From assembly GCF_964355755.1 (NCBI RefSeq), contig NC_092670.1, positions 28,508,388 to 28,572,387 of the forward strand: a DNA stretch of 64,000 nt. The letters are read 5' to 3'. The stretch's first letter is position 1; every line of letters begins with the position of its first letter. The notes beneath the pieces are model-generated. The model was given only the letters and a program-made list of their open reading frames with translations. It ran no database searches and had not been told where the DNA came from. The stretch comes from Antedon mediterranea. Lineage: Eukaryota > Animalia > Echinodermata. This document shows, one piece after another, positions 24,002 through 36,200 of the stretch. Made by a program: the position numbers and the translations under genes.

Positions 24002-25943
24002 CCATTAGTCTTACACAGCTGGTTTTAACCACGCAATGGGGCCTGGGCATAGCCTATTATAAGCTAGCATAGGAAAAAATCCAGCCAGGCAATATGAATA
24101 CGATCCTTGTTAAAACATTCAAGGATAACTAAAGTATCCAACTAAATCAAAGAATTCAACAGAAAAAATTATTTTTAAACTGATATGGAAAACAACATTT
24201 ATACCTACTTTTTAAATGTATCGCTTGAGAAAAAAACTGGCGTTGGGTGTACAATTTTCAATTACATTACCTCTTAAAATCCACGTGATAAAACGACGAC
24301 AACATGTTTTTCACCTTCATCCAGGGTTGTTCTAATGAATATTCATTATTTTTCTGACTTTCGCGGTCTTTATTTGTTTTTATTGGCTATTAAAAAACAG
24401 TCGTTTTATGCTTGATTGCTTCCGGGTTCCTCATGTGGTTTGTATACAATATGTTTTCGGAATCGCTACTCCATAAAACGCTATGAAACGTTGGGGGCGC
24501 TGCACTTAATTCATATTTCTGAAACAGCTGTGTGGCAGATGTAAAAAAATGGATTTCTCTCAAATTTTTACCATGAATAGACATTTCAATAAAAAGCATA
24601 TCTATAACATTCATTTTAATTTTTAGCCTCCGTTGCCATGACAGCGGTCAATTATCCAAATTTTGATGTTTTTGCCATTTTTCACAGATTTTCTATAGTG
24701 AAAAAGTACAAATTTGTATACTTATTTTAACCAAAAATACTTACAGTATACAGTTTTTGTTTATAGCAGTGTAAACAACATGTATTGAGTTCCATTTAAT
24801 GTAGAAAAAAAAAATTACAAATTGGAGTTTGGTTGATACCATTATTTTAAAAAGGGGTGTTTTTAAAAAATATTTTTTTTATAAAAGTATACCTCATAAA
24901 CGTACCTATAACTTCCAAAGTGGTGTTTTTAAATCAATGAGGTTTTTTAATTTGATAGTCAATAGGTTTTTCAACAATAATCACGAAAAAAACACTGGGG
25001 TAAATTCCGTACATAGGTTTTGTGTTGCCAGGAAAATACGAAAAATACAAAAAAATACAAACAAAATATCAACTAACAAATCACATGAAATACAATTTAA
25101 ATATGGCTAATCCAATAATAAAATGTATATGTGGCTTGTCATAATGCTACTAGAGGTTTATTTCAATTAATTGCCAGAAAAACAGTATTTTGCATTGAAA
25201 TATTTAGTTGATGGAAAATAATGTTAAACTTAGAAATAAATCAGCAATGGTTTTTATACATTTTTAAATCTATTTTGTGTAAAGAGATACAGAAAGACCT
25301 CTGTTTTTTCTGAACAATGAGTTTCAAATCAAATAATCAAAGAAAATAAAATGTTTTTACTAATATACCATGTTTTTTTTTTTATAAAAATGCCTATGTT
25401 TCTCGCAACACTGCTTGTAGATTTTAAATTTACCCCAGTATTTTATTTTAGAAATCAATTATTAAACATTAGAACTACCTATTTGTAATAAATCAGCTAA
25501 AAAAATACACCACTTTGGGCGTTATGGTGAAGTAAAATTTAGTTGCATTGAACAATTTAAAAAAAGTGAAAAACACCCCTTTTTAAATAAATGGTATCTC
25601 CCAAAGTATGAAATAAAAAAAAATAAAAAAAGTTGAAACAGGTACACAATGCATTGTTATTATGCATACACTAATTATTTTTTATAATTAAATGAACAAA
25701 ACAAAAATATCGTTCATCAAAGTAGTACCAATATCCATTTTAAAAAACCTTAAAAAAGGACAAAATTTGTCAAAAACACAAATTTGGCCGTTGCCATGGA
25801 AATATACGTGTGAAATAAAAAAAATACTTCATATTTGATTTCTCTCAACACATATATAGCCATGTGCAAAATTTGAAAGAAATCCATTTTTTTGAGTCTG
25901 CCACTCTTTTTGATATTTCTTTGATTCTTACAGACAATGGCTC

Positions 25944-28900
25944 TTAATATCGTATTTAAAAACGTTCTTGACCATTTTGAGCATTTCGACAAAAATTATT
26001 CACACAAAACAGCAAAGTGTACAGAATAGCTTCAAATCGCATTTGGAGACCTTTTAGACCATTTTGTGATTTTCGAAAAAACTTGTTAACATAAAAACAC
26101 CAAAGTGCTTAGAATAGCTTAAAATCGCATTTGGAGACGTTTTATACCATTTTGTGATTTTCGAAAAAACTTGTTAACATAAAAACACCAAAGTGCTTAG
26201 AATAGCTTAAAATCGCATTTGGAGACGTTTTAGACCATTTTGTGATTTTCGAAATAACTCGTTACCATAAAAACACCAAAGTGCTTAGAATTGCTTCAAA
26301 TCGCATTTGGAGACGTTTTAGACCATTTTGTGATTTTCTAAAAAAGTTGTTAACATAAAAACATCAAAGTGCTTAAAAAAATCACATTAGAAACCGTTTT
26401 AGACCATTTTGAGCATTTCGATAAAACTTTTCACACAAAAACATCAAAGAGCACAAAATAGCTTAATATAGTATTTAAAAACGTTTTTGACCATTTTGAG
26501 CATTTTGACAAAAATTATTCACACAAAACACCAAAGTGCTAAGAATAGCTTGAAATCGCATTTGGAGACATTTTAGACCATTTAGTGATTTTCGAAAAAA
26601 CTCGTTAACATAAAAACACCAAAGTGCTAAGAATAGCTTGAAATCGCATTTGGAGACATTTTAGACCATTTAGTGATTTTCGAAAAAACTCGTTAACATA
26701 AAAACACCAAAGTGCTTAGAATAGCTTAAAATCGCACTTGTAGACGTTTTAGACCATTTTGTGATTTTCGAAATAACTTGTTAACATAAAAACACCAAAG
26801 TGCTAAGAATAGCTTGAAATCGCAATTGGAGACGTTTTAGACCATTTTGTGATTTTCGAAAAAAAATCGTTAACATAAAAACACCAAAGTGCTTAGAATA
26901 GCTTGAAATCGCATTTGCAGACGTTTTAGACCATTTTGTGATTTTCGAAAAAACTTGTTAACATAAAAACACCAAAGTGCTAAGAATAGCTTGAAATCGC
27001 ATTTGGAGACATTTTAGACCATTTAGTGATTTTCGAAAAAACTCGTTAACATAAAAACACCAAAGTGCTAAGAATAGCTTGAAATCGCATTTGGAGACAT
27101 TTTAGACCATTTAGTGATTTTCGAAAAAACTCGTTAACATAAAAACACCAAAGTGCTTAGAATAGCTTCAAATCGCATTTGGAGACGTTTTAGACCATTT
27201 CTTGATTTTCTAAAAAAGTTGTTAACATAAAAACATCAAAGTGCTTAAAATCACATTAGAAACCGTTTCAGACAATTTTGAGCATTTCGATAAAACTTTT
27301 CACACAAAAACATCAAAGAGCACAAAATAGCTTAATATCGTATTTAAAAACGTTTTTGACCATTTTGAGCATTTCGACAAAAATTATTCACACAAAACAG
27401 CAAAGTATACAGAATAGCTTTAAATCGCGTTTGGAGACGTTTTAGACCATTTTGTGATTTTCGAAAAAACTTGTTAACATAAAAACACCAAAGTGCTTAG
27501 AATAGCTTCAAATCGCATTTGGAGACGTTTTAGACCATTTTGTGATTTTCGAAAAAAACTTGTTAACATAAAAACATCAAAGTGTTTAGAATAGCTTCAA
27601 ATCGCATTTGGAGACGTTTTAGACCATTTTTTGATTTTCGAAAAAACTTGTTAACATAAAAACATCAAAGTGCTTAAAATCACATTAGAAACCGTTTTAG
27701 ACCATTTTGAGCATTTCGATAAAACTTTTCACACAAAAACATCAAAGAGCACAAAATAGCTTAATATAGTATTTAAAAACGTTTTTGACCATTTTGAGCA
27801 TTTTGACAAAAATTATTCACACAAAACACCAAAGTGCTTAAAATAGCTTCAACTCGCATTTGGAGACGTTTTAGACCATCTTGTGATTTTCTATAAAAAG
27901 TTGTTAACATAAAAACATCAAAGTGCTTAAAATCACATTAGAAACCGTTTTAGACCATTTTGAGCATTTCGATAAAACTTTTCACACAAAAACATCAAAG
28001 AGCACAAAATAGCTTAATATAGTATTTAAAAACGTTTTTGACCATTTTGAGCATTTCGACAAAAATTATTCACACAAAACCGCAAAGTATACAGAATAGC
28101 TTTAAATCGCATTTGGAGACGTTTTAGACCATTTTGTGATTTTCGAAAAAACTTGTTAACATAAAAACACCAAAGTGCTTAGAATAGCTTCAAATCGCAT
28201 TTGGAGACGTTTTAGACCATTTTGTGATTTTCGAAAAAACTTGTTAACATAAAAACACCAAGGTGTTTAGAATAGCTTCAAATCGCATTTGGAGACGTTT
28301 TAGACCATTTTGTGATTTTCGAAAAAACTTGTTAACATAAAAACACCAAAGTGCTTAGAATTGCTTCAAATCGCATTTGGAGACGTTTTAGACCATTTTG
28401 TGATTTTCTAAAAAAGTTGTTAACATAAAAACATCAAAGTGCTTAAAATCACATTAGAAACCGTTTTAGACCATTTTGAGCATTTCGATAAAAAACTTTT
28501 CACACAAAAACATCAAAGAGCACAACATAGCTTAATATAGTATTTAAAAACGTTTTTGACCATTTTGAGCATTTTGACAAAAATTATTCACACAAAATGG
28601 CAAAGTGTACAGAATAGCTTCAAATCGCATTTGGAGACGTTTTAGACCATTTTGTGATTTTCGAAAAAACTTGTTAACATAAAAACATCAAAGTGTACAG
28701 AATAGCTTCAAATCGCATTTTGAGACATTATAGACCCTTTTGTGATTTTCGAACAAACTTGGTTACACAAAAACACCAAAGTGCTTAAAATAGCTTCAAA
28801 TCGCATTTGGAGACGTTTTAGACCATTTTGTGATTTTCGAAAAAACTTGTTAACATAAAAAAACCAAAGTGCTTAGAATAGCTTCAAATCGCATTTGGAG

Positions 28901-31900
28901 ACGTTTTAGACCATTTTGTGATTTTCGAAAAAACTTGTTAACATAAAAACATCAAAGTGCTTAAAATCACATTAGAAACCGTTTTAGACCATTTTGAGCA
29001 TTTCGATAAAACTTTTCACACAAAAACATCAAAGAGCACAAAATAGCTTAATATCGTATTTAAAAACGTTTTTGACCATTTTGAGCATTTCGACAAAAAT
29101 TATTCACACAAAACCGCAAAGTATACAGAATAGCTTTAAATCGCATTTGGAGACGTTTTAGACCATTTTGTGATTTTCGAAAAAACTTGTTAACATAAAA
29201 ACACCAAAGTGCTTAGAATAGCTACAAATCGCATTTGGAGACGTTTTAGACCATTTTGTTATTTTCGAAAAAACTTGTTAACATAAAAACACCAAAGTGC
29301 TTAGAATTGCTTCAAATCGAATTTGGAGACGTTTTAGACCATTTTGTGATTTTCTAAAAAAGTTGTTAACATAAAAACATCAAAGTGCTTAAAATCACAT
29401 TAGAAACCGTTTTAGACCATTTTGAGCATTTCGATAAAACTTTTCACACAAAAACATCAAAGAGCACAAAATAGCTTAATATAGTATTTAAAAACGTTTT
29501 TGACCATTTTGTGATTTTCGAAAAAACTTGTAAATATAAAAACACCAAAGTGCTTAGAAAAGCTTCAAATCGCATTTGGAGACGTTTTAGACCATTTTGT
29601 GATTTTCGAAAAAACTTGTTAACATAAAAACACGAAAGTGCTTAGAATACCTTAAAATCGCATTTGGAGACGTTTTACACCATTTTGTAATTTTCGAAAA
29701 AACTTGTAAACACAAAAACACCAAAGTGCTTAGAAAATCTTCAAATCGCATTTGGAGACGTTTTATACCATTTTGTGATTTTCGAAAAAACTTGTTAACA
29801 TAAAAACACCAAAGTGCTTAGAATAGCTTCAAATCGCATTTGTAGACGTTTTAGACCATTTTGTGATTTTCGAAAAAACTTGTTAACATAAAAACACCAA
29901 AGTGCTTAGAATACCTTAAAATCGCATTTGGAGACGTTTTAGACCATTTTGTGATTTTCGAAAAAACTTGTTAACATAAAAACATCAAAGTGCTTAGAAT
30001 AGCTTCAAATCGTATTTGGAGCCGTTTTAGACCATTTTGTGATTTTCGAAAAAACTTGTAAACATAAAAACACCAAAGTGCTTAGAAAAGCTTCAAATCG
30101 CATTTGGAGACGTTTTAGACCATTTTGTGATATTCAAAAAAACTCGTTACCATAAAAACACCAAAGTGCTTAGAATTGCTTCAAATCGCATTTGGAGACG
30201 TTTTAGACCATTTTGTGATTTTCTAAAAAAGTTGTTAACATAAAAACATCAAAGTGCTTAAAATCACATTAGAAACCGTTTTAGACCATTTTGAGCATTT
30301 CGATAAAACTTTTCACACAAAAACATCAAAGAGCACAAAATAGCTTAATATCGTATTTTTAAACGTTTTTGATCATTTTGAGCATTTCGACAAAAATTAT
30401 TCACACAAAACCACAAAGTATACAGAATAGCTTTAAATCGCATTTGTAGACGTTTTAGACCATTTTGTGATTTTCGAAAAAACTTGTTAACATAAAAACA
30501 CCAAAGTACTTAGAATAGCTACAAATCGCATTTGGAGACGTTTTAGACCATTTTGTGATTTTCGAAAAAACTTGTTAACATAAAAACACCAAAGTGCTTA
30601 GAATTGCTTCAAATCGCATTTGGAGACGTTTTAGACCATCTTGTGATTTTCTATAAAAAGTTGTTAACATAAAAACATCAAAGTGCTTAAAATCACATTA
30701 GAAGCCGTTTTAGACCATTTTGAGCATTTCGATAAAAAACTTTTCACACAAAAACATCAAAGAGCACAAAATAGGTTAATATAGTATTTAAAAACGTTTT
30801 TGACCATTTTGAGCATTTCGACAAAAATTATTCACACAAAACCGCAAAGTATACAGAATAGCTTTAAATCGCAGTTGGAGACGTTTTAGACCATTTTGTG
30901 ATTTTCGAAAAAACTTGTTAACATATAAACACCAAAGTGCTTAGAATAGCTACAAATCGCATTTGGAGACGTTTTAGACCATTTTGTTATTTTCGAAAAA
31001 ACTTGTTAACATAAAAACACCAAAGTGCTTAGAATTGCTTCAAATCGAATTTGGAGACGTTTTAGACCATTTTGTGATTTTCTAAAAAAGTTGTTAACAT
31101 AAAAACATCAAAGTGCTTAAAATCACATTAGAAACCGTTTTAGACCATTTTGAGCATTTCGATAAAACTTTTCGCACAAAAACATCAAAGAGCACAAAAT
31201 AGCTTAATATAGTATTTAAAAACGTTTTTGACCATTTTGTGATTTTCGAAAAAACTTGTAAATATAAAAACACCAAAGTGCTTAGAAAAGCTTCAAATCG
31301 CATTTGGAGACGTTTTAGACCATTTTGTGATTTTCAAAAAAACTTGTTAACATAAAAACACCAAATTGCTTAGAATAGCTTCAAATCGCATTTGGAGACG
31401 TTTTAGACCATTTTGTGATTTTCTAAAAAAGTTGTTAACATAAAAACATCAAAGTGTACAGAATAGCTTCAAATCGCATTTTGAGACATTTTAGACCCTT
31501 TTGTGATTTTCGAAAAAACTTGGTTACACAAAACAGCAAAGTGTACAGAATAGCTTCAAATCGCATTTGGAGACATATTAGACCATTTTGTGATTTTCGA
31601 AAAAACTTGTAAACATAAAAACACCAAAGTGCTTAGAAAAGCTTCAAATCGCATTTGGAGACGTTTTAGACCATTTTGTGATTTTCGAAAAAACTTGTTA
31701 ACATAAAAACACCAAATTGCTTAGAATAGCTTCAAATCGCATTTGGAGACGTTTTAGACCATTTTGTGATTTTCGAAAAAACTTGTTAACATAAAAACAC
31801 CAAACTGCTAAGAATAGCTTGAAATCGCATTTAGAGACATTTTAGACCATTTTGTGATTTTCGAAAAAACTCGTTAACATAAAAACACCAAAGTGCTTAG

Positions 31901-32664
31901 AATTGCTTCAAATCGCATTTGGAGACGTTTTAGACCATTTTGTGATTTTCTAAAAAAGTTGTTAACATAAAAACATCAAAGTGCTTAAAATCACATTAGA
32001 AACCGTTTTAGACCATTTTGAGCATTTCGATAAAACTTTTCACACAAAAACATCAAAGAGCACAAAATAGCTTAATATCGTATTTAAAAACGTTTTTGAC
32101 CATTTTGAGCATTTCGACAAAAATTATTCACACAAAACAGCAAAGTGTACAGAATAGCTTCAAATCGCATTTGGAGACGTTTTAGACCATTTTGTGATTT
32201 TCGAAAAAACTTGTTAACATAAAAACATCAAAGTGTACAGAATAGCTTCAAATCGCATTTTGAGACATTATAGACCCTTTTGTGATTTTCGAACAAACTT
32301 GGTTACACAAAAACACCAAAGTGCTTAAAATAGCTTCAAATCGCATTTGGAGACGTTTTAGACCATTTTGTGATTTTCGAAAAAACTTGTTAACATAAAA
32401 ACACCAAAGTGCTTAGAATAGCTTCAAATCGCATTTGGAGACGTTTTAGACCATTTTGTGATTTACGAAAAAACTCGTTAACATAAAAACATCAAAGTGC
32501 TTAAAATCACATTAGAAACCGTTTTAGACCATTTTGAGCATTTCGATAAAAATTTTCACACAAAAACATCAAAGAGCACAAAATAGCTTAATATAGTATT
32601 TAAAAACGTTTTTGACCATTTTGAGCATTTTGACAAAAATTATTCACACAAAACACCAAAGTGC
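25944..32664 (-). repeat. Satellite 1 (88 bp), inverted orientation
   Basis: Continuous array resuming in register after the TTAA TSD. Confidence 0.97.
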
Positions 32665-33285
32665 GTATTTCAGTATTTTATTGGTACTCACTTTCGAATC
32701 AGTGGCACACACCTTTCGGTGGTGCGTCCATACAAATATAAACAACAACATATAAAAGGAAAACGATGATAAAACTTACATAATTAACTTACAAAAAAAA
32801 CAGAATAAAGGTACAATAGGTGAACAGTATAAATAATACATAATCATGATAAAATTACTACATAAATCGAAATAAGCACAAATATATGTTTATAATATGT
32901 ACTTGAAATTATCGATATAGCAAACAGCAAGTACAAGATTTTATTTGTTTAATGATTAGTTATTGGTATATCTAACTGGTCTATCAATGTATAAACTAAA
33001 TAAGCTAAAATGTCAGACTGAGAAAAAAAAAAAAAAAAAAAAAAAAACTTATACATAGAAAATAAAACTAAAAAACAATTGGATAACAGTATAACGATAC
33101 AATAGGTCAAAAGTATAAATAATACATAATCATGATTATTTTTACAAAAATCGAGATAAACACAAATATATATGTTTATATGTATTTGAAGTTAGATAAG
33201 CAAATAAACTAGTTTATCAATGTAAAAGCCAAATAGGCTAATTATTGGGGTAATGTTGGTAATTTCTTATATATATCTAACCTGG
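32665..33285 (-). mobile_element. 621-bp insertion, probable 5'-truncated non-LTR retroposon 3' end
   Basis: Interrupts AAAGTGC|(T)TAAAATAGC with no TSD. Minus strand ends in a GAAA-loop hairpin (ACCACCGAAAGGTGTG), AATAAA and a short ATACTGAAATAC tail; diverged ~285-bp internal duplication; A-run at 33023-33047. Confidence 0.5.
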
Positions 33286-36200
33286 TAAAATAGCTTCAAA
33301 TCGCATTTGGAGACGTTTTAGACCATTTTGTGATTTTCTAAAAAACTTGTTAACATAAAAACACCAAAGTGTTTAGAATAGCTTCAAATCGCATTTGGAG
33401 ACGTTTTAGACCATTTTGTGATTTTCGAAAAAACTTGTTAACATAAAAACACCAAATTGCTTAGGATAGCTTAAAATCGCATTTGGAGACGTTTTACACC
33501 ATTTTGTGATTTTCGAAAAAACTTGTTAACATAAAAACATCAAAGTGCTTAGAATAGCTTCAAATCGCATTTGGAGACGTTTTAGACCGTTTTGTGATTT
33601 TCGAAAAAACTTGTTAACATAAAAACACCAAAGTGCTTAGAATAGCTTAAAATCGCATTTGGAGACGTTTTAGACCATTTTGTGATTTTCGAAATAACTT
33701 GTTAACATAAAAACATCAAAGTGCTAAGAATAGCTTGAAATCGCATTTGGAGACATTTTAGACCATTTTGTGATTTTCAAAAAAACTCGTTACCATAAAA
33801 ACACCAAAGTGCTTAGAATTGCTTCAAATCGCATTTGGAGACGTTTTAGACCAATTTGTGATTTTCTAAAAAAGTTGTTAACATAAAAACATCAAAGTGC
33901 TTAAAATCACATTAGAAACCGTTTTAGACCATTTTGAGCATTTGGATAAAACATTTCACACAAAAACACCAAAGTGCTTAAAATAGCTTCAAATCGCATT
34001 TGGAGACGTTTTAGACCATTTTGTGATTTTCGAAAAAACTTGTTAACATAAAAACACCAAAGTGCTTACAATAGCTTCAAATCGCATTTGGAGACGTTTT
34101 AGACCATTTTGTGATTTTCGAAAAAACTTGTTAACATAAAAACATCAAAGTGTACAGAAGAGCTTCAAATCGCATTTTGAGACATTTTAGACCCTTTTGT
34201 GATTTTCGAAAAAACTTGGTTACACAAAAACACCAAATTGCTTAAAATAGCTTCAAATCGCATTTGGAGACGTTTTAGACCATTTTGTGATTTTCGAAAA
34301 AACTTGTTAACATAAAAACACCAAAGTGCTTAGAAAAGCTTCAAATCGCATTTGGAGACATTTTAGACCATTTTGTGATTTTCGAAAAAACTTGTTAACA
34401 TAAAAACACAAAAGTGCTTAGAAAGGCTTCATATCGCATTTGGAGACATTTTAGACCATTTTGTGATTTTCGAAAAAACTTGTTAACATAAAAACACAAA
34501 AGTGCTTAGAATAGCTTCAAATCGCATTTGGAGACGTTTTAGACCATTTTGTGATTTTCGAAAAAACTTGTTAACATAAAAACACCAAAGCGCTTAGAAT
34601 AGCTTAAAATCACATTTGGAGACGTTTTACACCATTTTGTGATTTTCGAAAAAACTTGTTAACATAAAAACACCAAAGTGCTTAAAATCACATTAGAAAC
34701 CGTTTTAGACCATTTTGAGCATTTCGATAAAACTTTTCACACAAAAACATCAAAGAGCACAAAATAGCTTAATATCGTATTTAAAAACGTTTTTGACCAT
34801 TTTGAGCATTTCGACAAAAATTATTCACACAAAACAGCAAAGTGTACAGAATAGCTTCAAATCGCATTTGGAGACGTTTTAGACCATTTTGTGATTTTCG
34901 AAAAAACATGTTAACATAAAAACACCAAAGTGCTTAGAATAGCTTAAAATCGCATTTTGAGACGTTTTAGACCATTTTGTGATTTTCGAAAAAACTTGTT
35001 AACATAAAAACACCAAAGTGCTTAGAATAGCTTAAAATCGCATTTGGAGACGTTTTAGACCATTTTGTGATTTTCTAAAAAGTTGTTAACATAAAAACAT
35101 CAAAGTGCTTAAAATCACATTAGAAACCGTTTTAGACCATTTTGAGCATTTCGATAAAACTTTTCACACAAAAACATCAAAGAGCACAAAATAGCTTAAT
35201 ATCGTATTTAAAAACGTTTTTGACCATTTTGAGCATTTCGAGAAAAATTATTCACACAAAACAGCAAAGTGTACAGAATAGCTTCAAATCGCATTTGGAG
35301 ACCTTTTAGACAATTTTGTGATTTTCGAAAAAACTTGTTAACATAAAAACACCAAAGTGCTTAGAATAGCTTCAAATCGCATTTTGTGACATTTTAGACC
35401 ATTTTGTGATTTTCGAAAAAACTTGTTAACATAAAAACACCAAATTGCTTACAATAGCTTAAAATCGCATTTGGAGACGTTTTATACCATTTTGTGATTT
35501 TCGAAAAAACTTGTTAACATAAAAACATCAAAGTGTACAGAATAGCTTCAAATCGCATTTTGAGACATTTTAGACCCTTTTGTGATTTTCGAAAAAACTT
35601 GGTTACACAAAAACACCAAAGTGCTTAAAATAGCTTCAAATCGCATTTGGAGACGTTTTAGACCATTTTGTGATTTTCGAAAAAACTTGTTAACATAAAA
35701 ACACCAAAGTGCTTAGAAAAGCTTCAAATCGCATTTGGAGACATTTTAGACCATTTGGTGATTTTCAAAAAAACTTGTTAACATAAAAACACAAAAGTGC
35801 TTAGAAAAGCTTCATATCGCATTTGGAGACATTTTAGACCCTTTTGTGATTTTCGAAAAAACTTGGTAACACAAAAACACCAAATTGCTTAGAATAGCTT
35901 AAAATCGCATTTGGAGACGTTTTAGACCATTTTGTGATTTTCGAAAAAACTTGTTAACATAAAAACACCAAATTGCTTACAATAGCTTAAAATCGCATTT
36001 GGAGACGTTTTATACCATTTTGTGATTTTCGAAAAAACTTGGTAACATAAAAACATCAAAGTGTACAGAATAGCTTCAAATCGCATTTTGAGACATTTTA
36101 GACCCTTTTGTGATTTTCGAAAAAACTTGGTTACACAAAAACACCAAAGTGCTTAAAATAGCTTCAAATCGCATTTGGAGACGTTTTAGACCATTTTGTG

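Larger units (their letters stand above)
20808..24532 (+). mobile_element. Chapaev-like (CAC..GTG, 4-bp TSD) DNA transposon, internally deleted, copy 1
   Basis: TIR CACAGCTGTTTCA / TGAAACAGCTGTG; TGGC duplicated on both sides; nested in the left end of the Sola3-like element; homologous to 38804-43598. Confidence 0.85.
20773..25943. mobile_element. Non-autonomous Sola3-like DNA transposon (~1.44 kb without the nested element)
   Basis: TTAA duplicated (20769-20772, 25944-25947) in satellite GCTTAATATCG; termini GAGTCATTGTCTGTAAAAATCAAAGA / TCTTTGATTCTTACAGACAATGGCTC; diverged inverted similarity continues for ~500-600 bp. GAG..CTC + TTAA + long TIRs fits Sola3 (Kolobok is the alternative). 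Confidence 0.75.
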
